Assembly (NCBI RefSeq): GCF_048593235.1
Contig: NC_133617.1
Location: forward strand, 73,430,937-73,494,936
Direction of reading: 5' to 3'
DNA: 64,000 nt
Origin: Sminthopsis crassicaudata
Lineage: Eukaryota
Positions 1 through 13,549 of this stretch are shown here, piece after piece; the first letter of the stretch is position 1, and the number at the start of each line of letters is the position of its first letter. The translations under genes and the position numbers were made by a program. Under the pieces are notes generated by a model. The model saw only the letters and a program-made list of their open reading frames with translations. It had not been told where the DNA came from and ran no database searches.

Positions 1-3000
1 AACTTGGAGGGATATCTATAATAAAGACAACCTATCCTTGATCTTTATCTGTTTAGTTGTTTATTTTTATTTAGTTATTTATTTATTTTACTAATTACAA
101 AAAGACGAGGGAATAATATGACACAATGGAAAGAGATCTGGATTCAGGTCCTTTTGGTATATATGGACTATGTGATCATGGACAGGTCACCTAATCTCTC
201 AGTGTCCCGTGGAATTCTTAAGACCCTGTAATTTGTAGAGAAGGTCACATTCTGAATTGGTAGAAGTTATTTGTTATGTGCTAAAACTCACAGTTCTAGA
301 AAACAAACAAAATAAAAAATGAATCAGACTTACCAAATTTACAGAAGACATTGTGTGCATGCAGAGCTGAACAATCATTCATATGAGAGATAACTGTTGA
401 GGAGTTTGAGTGCTCTGAAAGTGGGAGATACAAGTATCCTATGGCAGTCCAATAATATGTTCACATGCTTTAACAGAAAGATAATTAATGTTCAGAAGAA
501 AGGATATGATTGCTAACTTTGTATTTTAAAGGCTTTCATATGAAAGGGATGATTGAAGCTGTTCTTGATTCTACAATGCAGGACTAGGAGCTTTAGGTGG
601 AATCTGCAAAAAAAGTTTTAGGCTTACTCTAAAGAAGGAAGGGGAGAGGCAAAAGATCGAAAGGTAGAGGACAGTGAGAGCCCTGGAGCTAGAAATAAAG
701 TCTGAAGCCATAGAATCCAACCCTCTTATTTTACAAATGAGGAAATTGAGACCCAGCCAACTTTGTGACCTTGTTTGTATCACACAGGTAGTAAGCATCA
801 GAGGCAGAATTTTAACTCAGGTCCACAGGTTCCAGGTTACCATATTGTGAAGTGGACAAATGATTTGCAGAACAAAAGTTAGAAACATGCAGTAATTTTG
901 ACATTAGACTATATAAGCTTGGGCATAAATTCTGATACAAGGTTCTGATTTTTCTTATAGGAAACTTATTTCTTTACAGTTTTCTTCTACTACTTTTTAG
1001 TTCAAATTGGAATATTCCTAAACTCAATCTATAAGTTTAGCTGTTCATTTATTTACAAATTTTTATTTTGAAAAGGGTAGCATTTCCAAGAGCTTTGACA
1101 TAGCCATTTTTATGAATTTTGAGACCTTTTTCTTTAGCACTGTTGCCATGTGCAAAAATATCTGGAGAGGAAAACAAGCCTAAACAAAATGACATATCAT
1201 TTTTATTTTGGCATCAGCAATCTCATACAGTTCATTACAGAATTGCAGATTTTTAATTAATGATATGTAAATATATTGTAATGAATTTAATTTGCATATT
1301 GAGTGAGGTTTCAGCACCTTGGGTGGTTATGTATTTTAATTACTGATTAATTAGAAATGATGGAAATTTCATTTGGCTTAGTATAATTATTCTACATTTT
1401 GATGAACATTTAGAGAGTCTTAAGCTGGAGAATGCATAATACCATGTGCTACAGCAGTGATTTTATAGATTGTTAAAAGAATGTAAAAAATTGTGGCTTG
1501 AGGAATGAGAAATTTTAGTAAATCTAAAGAAAAATACATTTAAGTTCTGTTTAAAGAAACTAACTTATCACATTTTTCTAAAAATATAGGTATCAGTAAA
1601 ACCTCATATTCTAAATATTCCATTATGAGTTAGGATTTGTAACTGAAATTTTACTTTCTTTATAGAGACAATGTTAGGTGGTGGCTAGGTTTCAAAACTA
1701 TCTCTTAAAGGCCTGTTTAACCCAGAATTGTATGCTTCTCTGTTGAACCAGACCTTGGTAGGAAGACTCTCAGGAGAAAATACGGCAGAGGGTTTTTTTT
1801 TTTATTCCCTCCCAAAAGTTCTTTCCCCGCCCCCAAGTTTTCTCACTTCTCTACAAGTTTAGAAAATTTCTAAACCTCTTTAAATGCATGTGTTGTTTCT
1901 TCTTTAATCCAAGTGAGAGAAAAGTTCCAGTATTGCTAGCTCTCCATCTCATCTGTTTCTTATATATTTGTTCTTCCTTTTATGCCCCGTTTTTATGAAA
2001 TAATTTGTTTTTTTACCTTTTTTTTTTTTTTTAAACAATCACCTCATCATACACAATTCAACCCCAATCTTTCTTTCAAGCCACATTAGTAATGATAGGT
2101 GACAATGCCTTAGTAGTTCATTTCCATGGAATACTCTGGGAATTCTCCAGTAGTAAAAGGGTGGGAAATGACTAGTGTGAGAACTCTTGTGCCTTGATCA
2201 ACTAAAACAAGAATGAGTTTGTAAGAAGATATCATTGAAGACATGAAAGGGAGTATAGCAACTTTGGTTCTCATAAATATTGAATTTTGCTAAAGACTTT
2301 TCATTGTTTTGTTAAGATCTATTAAGTCACTTTCACAGAATCACAGATTTCTAAGGAATTCAGAGGCTATCCAGTTCAACCTATACTTTGGTTTCCACCT
2401 AACATTTCTTCACTCACAAATCTCATGTTTTTCTTTTTATAGATTGGATTTTTATAGAAAAGCATAGAACAGGGATCTTAACTCCTGAAGATTGCACAGT
2501 TTAGATGGAGAGATAAGATTTAACATATGAAATAAATGACCCCCCTTTAAAAATAAAAGGAAGTGCTAAATTGTATAAGATGGGGCTGTGAAAATTTAAC
2601 CTTTGAGATACGTTCCTCTTTTATAAAATGAGCAGTCTGGGCTTTAGAGAATTTTAGACTACAATCCTGTGATAATAGTTCAGAAAAGGTGGGCAAATGA
2701 ATGAAGGCTAGAAAGTCAAAAAAGGCTTCAAGAAAAGCCTTGACCTGGAGCTTGATATATCCAGCTTATTTGTCTTGTCTTCAGTGAAGCCTTTCCTAAT
2801 TCCTTCTCAGTTAAAAGTAATCTTTCTCTTGTCTCCTCCTTGGACTAAAGATATTCCAATTTATACTATTGTCACTTGTATACTTTGTCTTATCACCTTA
2901 CCAAAGTGTGCTTTCCTTGAAACCATGAACTATCTCTTTTAATTTTTGTCTTCCTAGCTCCCAGCAAAACCTACTATGTGAGAGCATATGTTTAATTAAT

Positions 3001-3929
3001 AGTTATTAAAATGTGGTGTTAAGTTCTAGGTAAGGAGAACAATATAAAAGAAAATCTTAGCTTTTGAATAAGCATGTTGAAGTAAGCTTTTTTTAGATTT
3101 TTGAATTTGAAAGTGAAAATTTAAGGAAAATTAGAATGGATTGAAGGAGGGAAAGAAAAAAATTTAGATTTGTGATGATGAGTACTATAACGAGAATGGT
3201 AGCAGTGGGGATGAAAAATAAGGAATGGTTAGAAGAATTTTTTTCTATTTGTCTCAGTGTCATTTTAAAAGTTAGGATAAGATAGGCTATATTTATACAT
3301 AGCTTAATACTTCAAGAATCTTTGATATCAGCAGCATAGTATTCCATCTACAGAAGACAGATGCTAACATCTTTTTCCAAAGGAGATTGTCATAGTGATT
3401 TGTAGCCAAAACAGTTCGAACTATCAGTTAGTGACTGGTTTGTGAAGGGCTGATCTTTGAATGATACACTTTGTTTGGTTGTCTACAGTTTTGTATCCCA
3501 ATGTTTTTACATATATATATCATTCTCTATCTCTAGTTATACTTTATCTCTAGTTATCTAGTTAATATATAGTATATAGTTATACTATTAAGCTTTTGAA
3601 AGTTTTTCTTTAATAATTGTGGTCATTTTGTAAATATTTTGATTCTGCATGTTTCATCACTTCATATGGCTTCCCAATTTTGAGTTCTTTCTGTCTTTTT
3701 TTGAGCCCAATTATCCATTATTTTCATATACTACAATGGATTCCCCAGCTTGAAGGGTACTCATTTTGTTTCCATTTCTTCACTACAACAAAAAGTGCTG
3801 CTCTTCATATTTTCATGTGAATTCTTTTCTTCTGTCATTGACTTCTTTGGGGTATAATAGCTAAAATATTTATCACTCTGCAGACACGAACTGGTAATGA
3901 GTGAACATATGTAAGTAGAAAGAGTATAA

Positions 3930-4090
3930 GATTTAGAATTAAAGGACTTAGGTTCAGATTGGCTCTGCTGTTTCCTTCTTCTGTGACCTTATGCAACATA
4001 TTTATTCACCTCTTTGGGTCTCAGTTTCCTGAATTGTTAAATAAGGGGGTTGAACCAAACAATCTGTAAAGCTTTCCAGTTTGAAATCTG
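3930..4090 (+). mobile_element. MIR SINE (one of more than a dozen MIR fragments)
   Basis: CORE sequence ctgtgacctt...cagtttcctg...aaataagggg. Confidence 0.7.
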
Positions 4091-6440
4091 TGAAAATAGT
4101 TAATAATTAGTAGACCAGTTAAGCTGGTCCTTCAACAAGCTCATTTAATCTCAACAAGCTCATTAAATTTGATTTAAAGTTTACCCTAACAAAAAATAAT
4201 AACTCACATTTATATAGTAATTTAAGGTTTAAAAAGCAATCTTGTAACAAGTGTTAAATTTTGTATTCTAGGATCTTTGAAATTATTTCCAGTGTGGAAA
4301 TAGGGATCTTTCTCAGATAGTTTGAACTTTCAATGTTTTTGTTATGTACTACTGGATTTTTTTGAAAGTGGACTGACATCACAAGATTCTGCTAGTCATT
4401 TGATGTAGAAGATCACTACTCATTTAAAGTTTTAAGAAATGAACTTTTCTGTATACCTAAATACATTGATAGTGACGATATTTTCATATTCCTCCCACTT
4501 TATTTTCACCCACCTAATGAAAAATCACCAAAAATAAAACTGTTAGCTATACAAATGGAAAATGTATAGTTATCATTAGGGAATTCTTAGTGAGTTTCAA
4601 ATTGAATTACATCTCCTTGTCCCTTTCTGATGTTGAGTATTTTGTTTAGCAGTGTAGAAAGAATCTCAGATTGAATTGGATTGGATTTCACTTTATATTT
4701 GATATTAAAATAAAGACTTTTTTACCCATTAAAAAAATTACATGCTGTGCTAAATGAAAGTTCTAGAAAATTTTTTCTCTCTATATATAGTCTTTGCAGG
4801 CTGCCTTTTTGTCTGCAATTGGAGCGATACAATGGATGAGTTCTGGTAAAAGGTTGACATTATTGGTGTGGTGAACTCAGATATGATGGTGGCAGTTGGA
4901 AAATGGACTCTTCTTGTTGCAGCACTAGACTTAGTGTCATAGGATTTAATTTCCTGAAGTTCCAACACTGACATGTGAATTAGTTCCTTCTCCAAAATTC
5001 TCCCTTCCATGTTGGACTCCTGCTTGTTGCAGTCCACATTTCTTTCTAAATCAGTTTTGGGGGTGGAGGCCACACTATGTTGAGTAGGTCTCCTCTGAAA
5101 GTAAGTAAGGATAATCCTCTGTAATTTGGTCATGAGTCAGTCTGGATCTAAATTAGAAATGTACTCAGCCTAATGGCTGCCTCTGTATCAGTCTGTTGAC
5201 CATAATTATTGCCATTGCTGTTAATAGCTAACTAAAGTCAACTTTTTGAATTATGCTGGCCCTGTTGGGGGTCCTAGGACTAGCCCAAATTGATTTATCT
5301 AATCTTGAAATTAGAGGTGTGGGCTGCATGATATTGAAGTCATTTTCTGTTTTAGATACTATATTCAGTTCTTACCTCCATGCATATGCATATAACTTGC
5401 AGATTTCTATCTCCAATTTGGATCTCATTCCCTTGCTTCAGACCTTCATTTCCAATTTATTGTTACCATTCTTTCTCAGATGTTCCACCTGCATCTCAAA
5501 CCCAGAATGTCCTAAATAGAGTCTATTGTCTTTCCCCAAAACACCCATGCTTTTCTGCCTGAATTCTTTATGTATCAGTAATAACTAGTATTCCAAATGT
5601 GGATTCTGTTTTTGGAAGGAAAAAGAAGTCTGTAAGTTGCCATATCCTGTTATTCAGAGTCTCAATAGTAGAAAGAGCCTCAGAAATCTAGTTCAACTAA
5701 ATTTGAAGCTTAAAAGAATTAAGAAAGTCTCTGCTTTAAAAATAAATAAAGGTTGCCTATATGAGGCTTTTTTTTGTTAGTTACCACTTTTTTTTTTCTT
5801 ATCAGAATTTTTTTCTTCTATATCATCAGACTTGAATTCTTAGTTTCCTATTTCTCCTGGTATTACTTCTGCTATAGAATTTTGGATTTTGTTAGGTCTC
5901 ACCTCTCCTTATTACTGTCCTTGATTGAATCATCATTCACGTGGGTGTTTCCCCAGAGGCCTGATCTATCTCCTCTTATCTAGTGTGTTAGTAATCTCAT
6001 CCAAAAAAAAAAAAAGTAATCTCATCCATCCCTTGTATAAATGGAACCCTTTTCTATTTACATATTCAGCCTTAAATTTCCATCCCTTATCAACTTCATT
6101 CTTTCTCCTGATACACAATGGGGCCATAGCAAAATCTCATCATTTCTACCTCCACCAAATCCCTTGTATGTATCCACTACTTTTCACTCACACCAGCTAC
6201 CACCATAATTCAGGGACTCTCTCATCTAAATTATTGCAATTAATTGAGCATAACTGGTCTTCCTGACTTCAGTATCTCTACTTCAATCTGGCTTCCACAC
6301 AATTGCCAAAATATTTTTTCCTAAAACATAGATTTCACCTTAGCAACTCTTTTCCCTTAAGATAAAGCTCTTTCCATCCTGGCCCAATCCTATCTTTTCT
6401 GGGCTATTTTTCCTTTTCTTTTTTTCCTCTTTTCTTTTCC

Positions 6441-6978
6441 TTTTTTTTTTTTTTTTTTTTTTTTTTTTGATCAAATGTTCATTTATTATAGTTGTCTCCT
6501 TTGTGACTTTTAAATAGCTGAGCATCCTACAGAACCACTATTGATGTTGTAGCCCACAGACTAAGCAGTCCCCATGGTCTCTTTAATGGTTCCATAGAAG
6601 TTTTGTACCAGGGATCAATGTTTCATCTGTTGAGCAATGTTGATAATCTTATCAAGGCTGATGTTTCCACTGTGTTTAATATTTTTCTACTTCTTTCTGT
6701 CCTAAAGAAATTCTTTCAAAGATTTGATGATCAAGGCAGAAGGTACAACCTCAATCTGAGTCTGTCTGCTCTGAATGATGAGTTTCACTGTGATCCTTAG
6801 CCTTTTCTAGTCACCAGTTGCCGTGGCAATATCGCCAACCTTTCTGGCTTGGATAATCATCGATCATCACAAACCCAGGGGATCATTTTGAGGGGCCAGA
6901 GCATATGTTGTACCAGCTTCATCCCCATATACTCAGAAACATAACTTTAATTTCATTAGGATCGAACCTGGGTGGCAT
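6441..6978 (-). pseudogene. RPL12: Processed pseudogene of ribosomal protein L12 in PBX4 intron 2
   Basis: Minus strand from 6978 reads MPPRFDPNEIKV..., then LRITVKLIIQSRQTQIEVVPSA, NIKHSGNISLDKIINIAQQM; intronless; several in-frame stops and indels; AATAAA at 6487-6482 then an A-tail (T run 6441-6468). Confidence 0.93.
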
Positions 6979-7855
6979 GGTGGTAACAAGAATATAAGTA
7001 CTCCTGGGTGTTGTGGGGTGGCTGCCAATGTCATAGGGAAGGCTAGTGAGAAAGTTCTGGATCATTCAACTTTGGGAGATAATGTCTTTTTCAGGGGAAA
7101 GCAAGGCTAGTGTCACTAACTTCCCAAAGTTAGTAGAGGGGAATAAGATGTAAGAAGATGAGGAAAGTGTTGGTGTTGGAAGCAGATTATGAAAGGCTTT
7201 AAAAGCTAAATGGATAATTTTTATACTTGATCTTGCAAATAATGAGAGCCAATAGTGTTTATTGAATAGAGGAATGATATGGTCATACCTGAGTTTTAGG
7301 AAGATCACTTTTATAGCTGAGTAGAGAATAGCTGAAAGTAGGAGTAGGGAGAGACATGAGGTAGGGAAACCAACCTGAAGACAATAGTCTAGGTGTTTAA
7401 CAGCAATGTGAGAGTAAAAATATGTGAGATATGAGAAAAAGGTAGAATTAACAGAATTTGACAAAGTGACTGATATGGGAGATGAGAAAGAGAAGAATTA
7501 GTTGCAAGCCTGGATGATTAGGAAGATGGCGGTACTATCAACAGTAATGGGGAAAATGAGTTCAGTTTTGGAGATATCTGTGGGATATTCAGTTTAACAG
7601 TTTACATGTTATGGCTGTTGGAGATGTGAATCTGGAGATTAGGAGAGATATTAATGTACTGTTTCATTTTTGTCTTTATTTCCCCAGTACCTCACTCAGT
7701 GTTTGTCATATATAGTAAGCATTTAATAAATGTTTGTTGATTGATTGTCTTTATCTTCTTTGGATCATTTGAAATCTAAAGATCTAGAATCTTTGTCAGA
7801 TCCTAGACCTATATCATACTACTGGGGAGACAGAAAAAGAGAGGGTGGGGGGGAG

Positions 7856-8007
7856 NNNNNNNNNNNNNNNNNNNNNNNNNNNNNNNNNNNNNNNNNNNNN
7901 NNNNNNNNNNNNNNNNNNNNNNNNNNNNNNNNNNNNNNNNNNNNNNNNNNNNNNNNNNNNNNNNNNNNNNNNNNNNNNNNNNNNNNNNNNNNNNNNNNNN
8001 NNNNNNN
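7856..8007. other. Assembly gap (152 N)
   Basis: Run of N after a G-rich purine tract. Confidence 0.99.
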
Positions 8008-8322
8008 ATCCATTCTCACTACTAAATCATGTGCCTCTTCATCTTAGGCTTGAAATTGTTTCCAGAGCTTATCTGTTTGCTCTGTCATTTCAGATGGTCT
8101 GTGGTATATTTTGATAATAAATTTCCTTATTTTTCTTCCTCTATCAATGATCACCCAAATGATTTTTTTCCACAAAAGAACATCTGTTAATATTCAAAGC
8201 AATTCTGTCTACTTTTTTTTTTTTTTCTAAAACTTGTTCCTCTGAATAAGATGTATCCTTCAGAACTATGTTCTAGTCACGGGTCTCAACCCCTGAAGTT
8301 TCCATATTTGTGAGCTCAAATG

Positions 8323-8356
<34 letters not shown>

Positions 8357-9694
8357 GTAAGGAGTTCTACTTTACCTTGCTAGTTATCCATACTTCATGC
8401 ATTTTAAAATAAATATCTAAGGCAGTAAATTTGATTATTGGCTTCCTTCTTCTATTTTTGTTTTCTGTGAATTTCTGGAAATCTCTCACCAAGAAATTGT
8501 ACCACTTTTACCTCTAAAATAAATCTCACACCTGTATCTATTTTCTATTTCTACTGCTATTCATCTTTCTTCTGGACTATTGCTGCACCTTTTTAGATGA
8601 TCTTATAACTAACTTCTCTTTCTAACCTATCCTTTGCACTGCTGCTTGATTATTTTCCCTTAGGTGCACATCTAGATGTCATTCTTCTGCTCAAAATCTA
8701 TTTTAGAAATTATTGCCACCATCTAGAAGGAAGATAATTGGAACCTGAATCAGGGAAGAGGCTATATCAGTAGAGAGAAGAAGTCAGTTAATTGTGGAGG
8801 TAGAATGGATTATATTTGACAACTGATTGGATATGGAGAGATATGGAGGGAGGTGAGAGTCAAATATCACTCCAGAATTACAAACCTACCTGTCTGTCAG
8901 GATTGTGTTGCAGTTAATGGACGTAAAGATGACTGAAATAAGAATGGGTTTTAGGGAAAATATAAATGAATTCTATTTTTGTATATGTTGAATTGAAATA
9001 GCTAATGGGGCAACCAGATGGAAATGTCTAGCAAGCAATTTGGTGATGCTTAATGGGAGTCCAGGAGAGAAATAAAGGCTGGATATAGACAGATTCAATT
9101 TTATTTGATACTGATATGCATAAAGATAATTGAACCTGTAGCAGCTGATAAGCCCACCTGGAGAGTTTGGCTATGAAAGGGAAATATATAAGATAATAGC
9201 TTGAGAGGATAATAGAGATAAGTTAAAGTTTGTGTTTTTTTGTTTTTTTTTTTGTTTTTTTTTTAAGGATAGGAGAGACTTGGAGTGGAAATTTGAGATA
9301 AACAAATGTATCAGGAGAGATTGAAGATGAAAGACAGGAATTGATCCAGAAAACAAGCTAGTGCCTACAGGAAATACTGGGGGATGGAATCCAGAACACA
9401 AGAGGAGAGGCTTTTCTTGGCAAGGACAAGAGCCACTTTTTCATCATACACTGCAGAAAAGAAGATGAGAAGAGGAGGGGGTATGATGAAGAGAGGGTTT
9501 GAGATGGGAAGCCTTTGCTGAGAGAGAAAGGGAAGGAGATAGATAGTAGATTTGAGGAAAGAGGAAAAGTTTATAAAATAGCTTCTTTGGAGAATGATTT
9601 AGAGTTAGAGAAAAAGAAAAAGGATTTCCATGCAGCAGTAAAGGCCTAGTAAATATTAAATAACAAATTTGTAGTGAATTTTAGCAATATGATT

Positions 9695-9742
9695 GTTTTT
9701 GTTTTTGTTTTTGTTTTTGTTTTTGTTTTTGTTTTTGTTTTT
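9695..9742. repeat. (GTTTTT)8 microsatellite
   Basis: Perfect hexamer array. Confidence 0.9.
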
Positions 9743-11589
9743 CCAGCCACACTTGAATGGGATATAAAACAAAGGATCAGAATAACCTAGGATTGGGATT
9801 TTATAGTAAGACGAAAAGGATGAAGATCACCTGATATCATAATGGGATGAGAGAAATGATGAATTGAGAGAACAGGGAGGAATGGACAGGCTAGTGGCCA
9901 TGGTACTGTCAAAGAGTAGCTTCAGGAGGAATAGGGAAAATTTTGAAGAATAGTAGAGAAGAATATTAAAAGTTCTGAGTCACAGTAATAGAACAATTAT
10001 TAGTGATAGATCAGTGATTCAACTATCCCTTTGGGTAACTGGGATAGTATGAAGGTAGAACAGGTGGGAATTTAGGAGGTAGATGAATTTATTAGGCTTT
10101 GAAGTCCCCAAACTGAGGAAAAGAGGTGAAGGAAGTCTTTGGGCCAGGTTCTGAATTTGAGAAAGAAGGAAGAATGAGCTGGTAATTCAGTATTTAATTA
10201 TGGAGCTTTGGTCTTGGCACTTGGCTAATTACTAGGGATCTGAAGACAAATTGGGAACAGTCTTTTCCCCAAGGAGTTTAAATTCTGCTTTAAAGATATA
10301 GTACAAGTAAATGCAAGGTAATATACAAAAGTATTTTAAGAGGGAAAACTCTCAGGAATCAGGAGAGGACTCATAGTGGACATAACTAGCATCTGAACTA
10401 TGCTTTAAGAGACCTAGGAATTCTGAAAAGCTGAGAAGAGGAGAGAGGGCTTTCTAAATACAGATAACGATTTGTGCAAAAAATGTAGGCATCGAAAATG
10501 GAATGTGGCATGGTACAATAGCTAGCAATCTTGTTTGACTGGAATTGAGAATATATGAAGGGAACTAGTTTGACATAAAACTAGAAAGATAAGTGGGAGC
10601 CAAATTATGACCTTAGATTTTAAAACGGGAAGTGACCACCAAAAGTTTCTTAATCTCACATTTTTGACATGAGGACATTTTAAGCCATAACATATTAAGG
10701 TCCAAAAATGCAGTAAAAGGGACACTTTTTAGTAACTTATAATCAAAGTTACTTGATTAGTAACTTGTTTGTTTCTGTTTTATGAAACACATGGAATATT
10801 TTGGGAGAAAATGAGAAAAACCATTTTTGGGCACTTTTAAAGGTGGTCACTTCTAGCTTTAAATTCTATGGGCATATTTGGTTCCCACATACCTTTCTAG
10901 TTTTATGTAATACTAGTTATCTTCATTTATTCTCACTTCCAATCAAACAGAACTGCTAGCTGTTGTACCATGACACATTCTATTTTTGATGTCTGTGTTT
11001 TTGCACAAATAATTTGAGAAAAAAATAAATATGGTTCTTGTATTTTAGTGTCTTAGTAGAATTTCTTATAGATTCTTGTCTTGGGAGAGATGTAACTTAA
11101 CAATGTATATAGTATCTCTTGTGGCTGACCACTCCATTAATTAATTGATCTTCCAGAGATTCCTGAACTATGGCTTAAGTAGTATGATTGTTGAAGAGGG
11201 GATGAATGGATGTAAGAGGCATTGTGTATATAGAATTATCAGAACTTCAGTCCAGTTCCACTCATTTATTAAGCATTTATCAAGTGAATGCTATGGACAA
11301 ATCACTAGACCAATTGCTGAGTATACAAAGACAGATTTTAAAAAAACGCTGCTTTCCCTGGGGAGTTTATATTTTATTAGGATGGAGGTGTAGGGGAGGA
11401 GATATAACATTTAACTTGACAACTGTTTGGATAGGAGAAGTTAAGAAAAAGAAAAAAATGTGACTCCAGAGTTTTGAATTGTATGCCTAGATTTCTAACA
11501 ATAATATAATACCTCATATTTATATAGTATTTTAAGATATGAAAAGTAAATTATCTTGTATCTTGTTTCTCATTGATTCTAAGATAAGT

Positions 11590-11735
11590 ACAGATAGGTC
11601 CCTGGTTGTCAGTTTCCATATCTGTAAAATGAGTTGGAAGAGGAAATGTCAAAACACTCCAGTATCTTTGCCAAGAAAACCCCAAATGGGATCAAGAAGA
11701 GGCAGACACAACTCAAACAACTGAACAACAGCAAC
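11590..11735 (+). mobile_element. MAR1-type CORE-SINE 3' part (RTE-derived tail)
   Basis: ctccagtatctttgccaagaaaaccccaaatggg...caactgaacaacagcaac. Confidence 0.75.
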
Positions 11736-13549
11736 ATCCCCATTTTACATGAGAGGAAACAGAGGTATAGAGGTATGCCATGGCTTGCTTTGTTCAGATC
11801 AAAACCAGCTTTTTACTGGCTACAATCCCAATGCTTTTTTCTTCTTCTTAGTGTCATAATGCCTCTCATTCTAGCAGATTTGCAGTGGACACTGGGAAAA
11901 AAAGTTTTTTGATGAATTGCTAAGTGAATGTAATGAAAAGAACTCTAGGTTTTTAATCTAAAACTGGTTCAAGTTCAGTCCTGAAATTTACTACCTGTTT
12001 GACTTTGAGTAGATCAGTTAAACTCCTTGAACATTAAGTTCCTTGTGGATAAAATGGGGATAATAATATTTGCACTACTGACTGCTTTGTAAATTGTAAA
12101 GCATTATATGAATGTGAATATTAAAAATTAAATTTCCTTATTTGAGCACCCAATAAAAGGTCTATTTCTCATCTGCTATGGGTAGATAAGACTGTATTCC
12201 TGAATTGAATTCCTCTGTGGTTACTTGTGTCTTGCCAATGCCAGCTAATCAGAATGTCCCTGTGGGATTTAAAGAGCATGTTTGAGATGCTTTTCAGCAG
12301 TCAACTTGAAATGAGCTCCTGTGTAATTGATGATAACTAATGTCTAATTACCATAATTAGACAAGTGACAGAAAATTAAGCTGCAGCTGGGAGACTGGTA
12401 CTGAGGCAGAATTTGTAGGCAGAGCTATGTATGTGGAATGGCTGTGACAAAATTAATTTTCAAATGGCAAAAGAAAGATGCAAATATGTATGTCTCTCAG
12501 CCATATTCATCATAGCAGCTATTTCTGATATTTTAGTGTTCTGTTCTTGTTGGTGATTTATGATTCATGACTAGGAGAGGCCTGTGATTTGAATTGTGCT
12601 TGAGAGTGGATGCCATTTTGATATTATCATAAGCCACTTTTATATTGTCTCTTCATTTTTCTACAGCCACATTTTCTTTGTGATTTGCCTAGGGCTGTAA
12701 GTCCTTGGGCAGATCCTTTCATTTCAATAAGACCTCATTTCTGCATCTATAAAACATGAGGTTTGGTTTAGATGATCTCTCTCTCTCTCAACTCTGATAT
12801 ATGAGTGACATTCTTTCTGAATTACACATACACACACATACATACACACGTATATGTAAACAAAATTGTTTAAGATACAATTCGAAGTAGCTTTCTTTCT
12901 AAAAAGGTATTTAATGTTTAATATTTACATGTAATTGGGTTTAACATATATTTTAACATGTATAACATATATTGAATTGCTTGCCATGTAGGGGAGAGGC
13001 TGAGGGGAAGGAGGGGACAATCTAAAATATAAGGCTATGCAAGGGTCATTGTTGAAAAATTATCTGTGAATATGTTTTGAAAATAAAAAGCTTTAAAAAA
13101 TATAAATAAATAAGTGTATTTAATCATAGAGATCACTATGGCTGGTTCTATCTGTGTTTATCTTCCAAAAATAATTGGAAATTAATCTGGCCTTTCTGAA
13201 GCCTAATCCTTTTGACCTTTTTTTTTTTTTTTTTTTTTAACTCTGTTGACCACTTCTCCTCTGCCTTGGCTTTTATGATATTCCTTCTTGGTTTGCCTCT
13301 TTCTTACCTGCCATTTCCTGACCACTAACAATGGCTAACAACAAAATTCTGTCTTGGACCATTTTTTCTCTTTCTAACTTTAAAAAAAAAAATCATTGCC
13401 TAGCAGTTCCATGAGTTGTTAGCATCTTTCTTCAGATAACCCCCAAATCTATACATCCAGCCTTAATCTGCCTCCTGAATGACGCACTAGATCTCTATTA
13501 GAATGTCTCTTGGATGCCTCAGACTCATCTTGTCTAAAATGAAAGTTAT

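Noticed and set aside
6441-6978. RPL12 as a paralogon remnant (human RPL12 is near PBX3/MVB12B on 9q33)
   Set aside because: The copy is intronless with a poly(A) tail, so it is a retrocopy and the parallel is coincidental
8094-8125. Acceptor followed by AATAAA as an alternative last exon of PBX4
   Set aside because: Common motif combination in AT-rich intron, next to an assembly gap, with no other support
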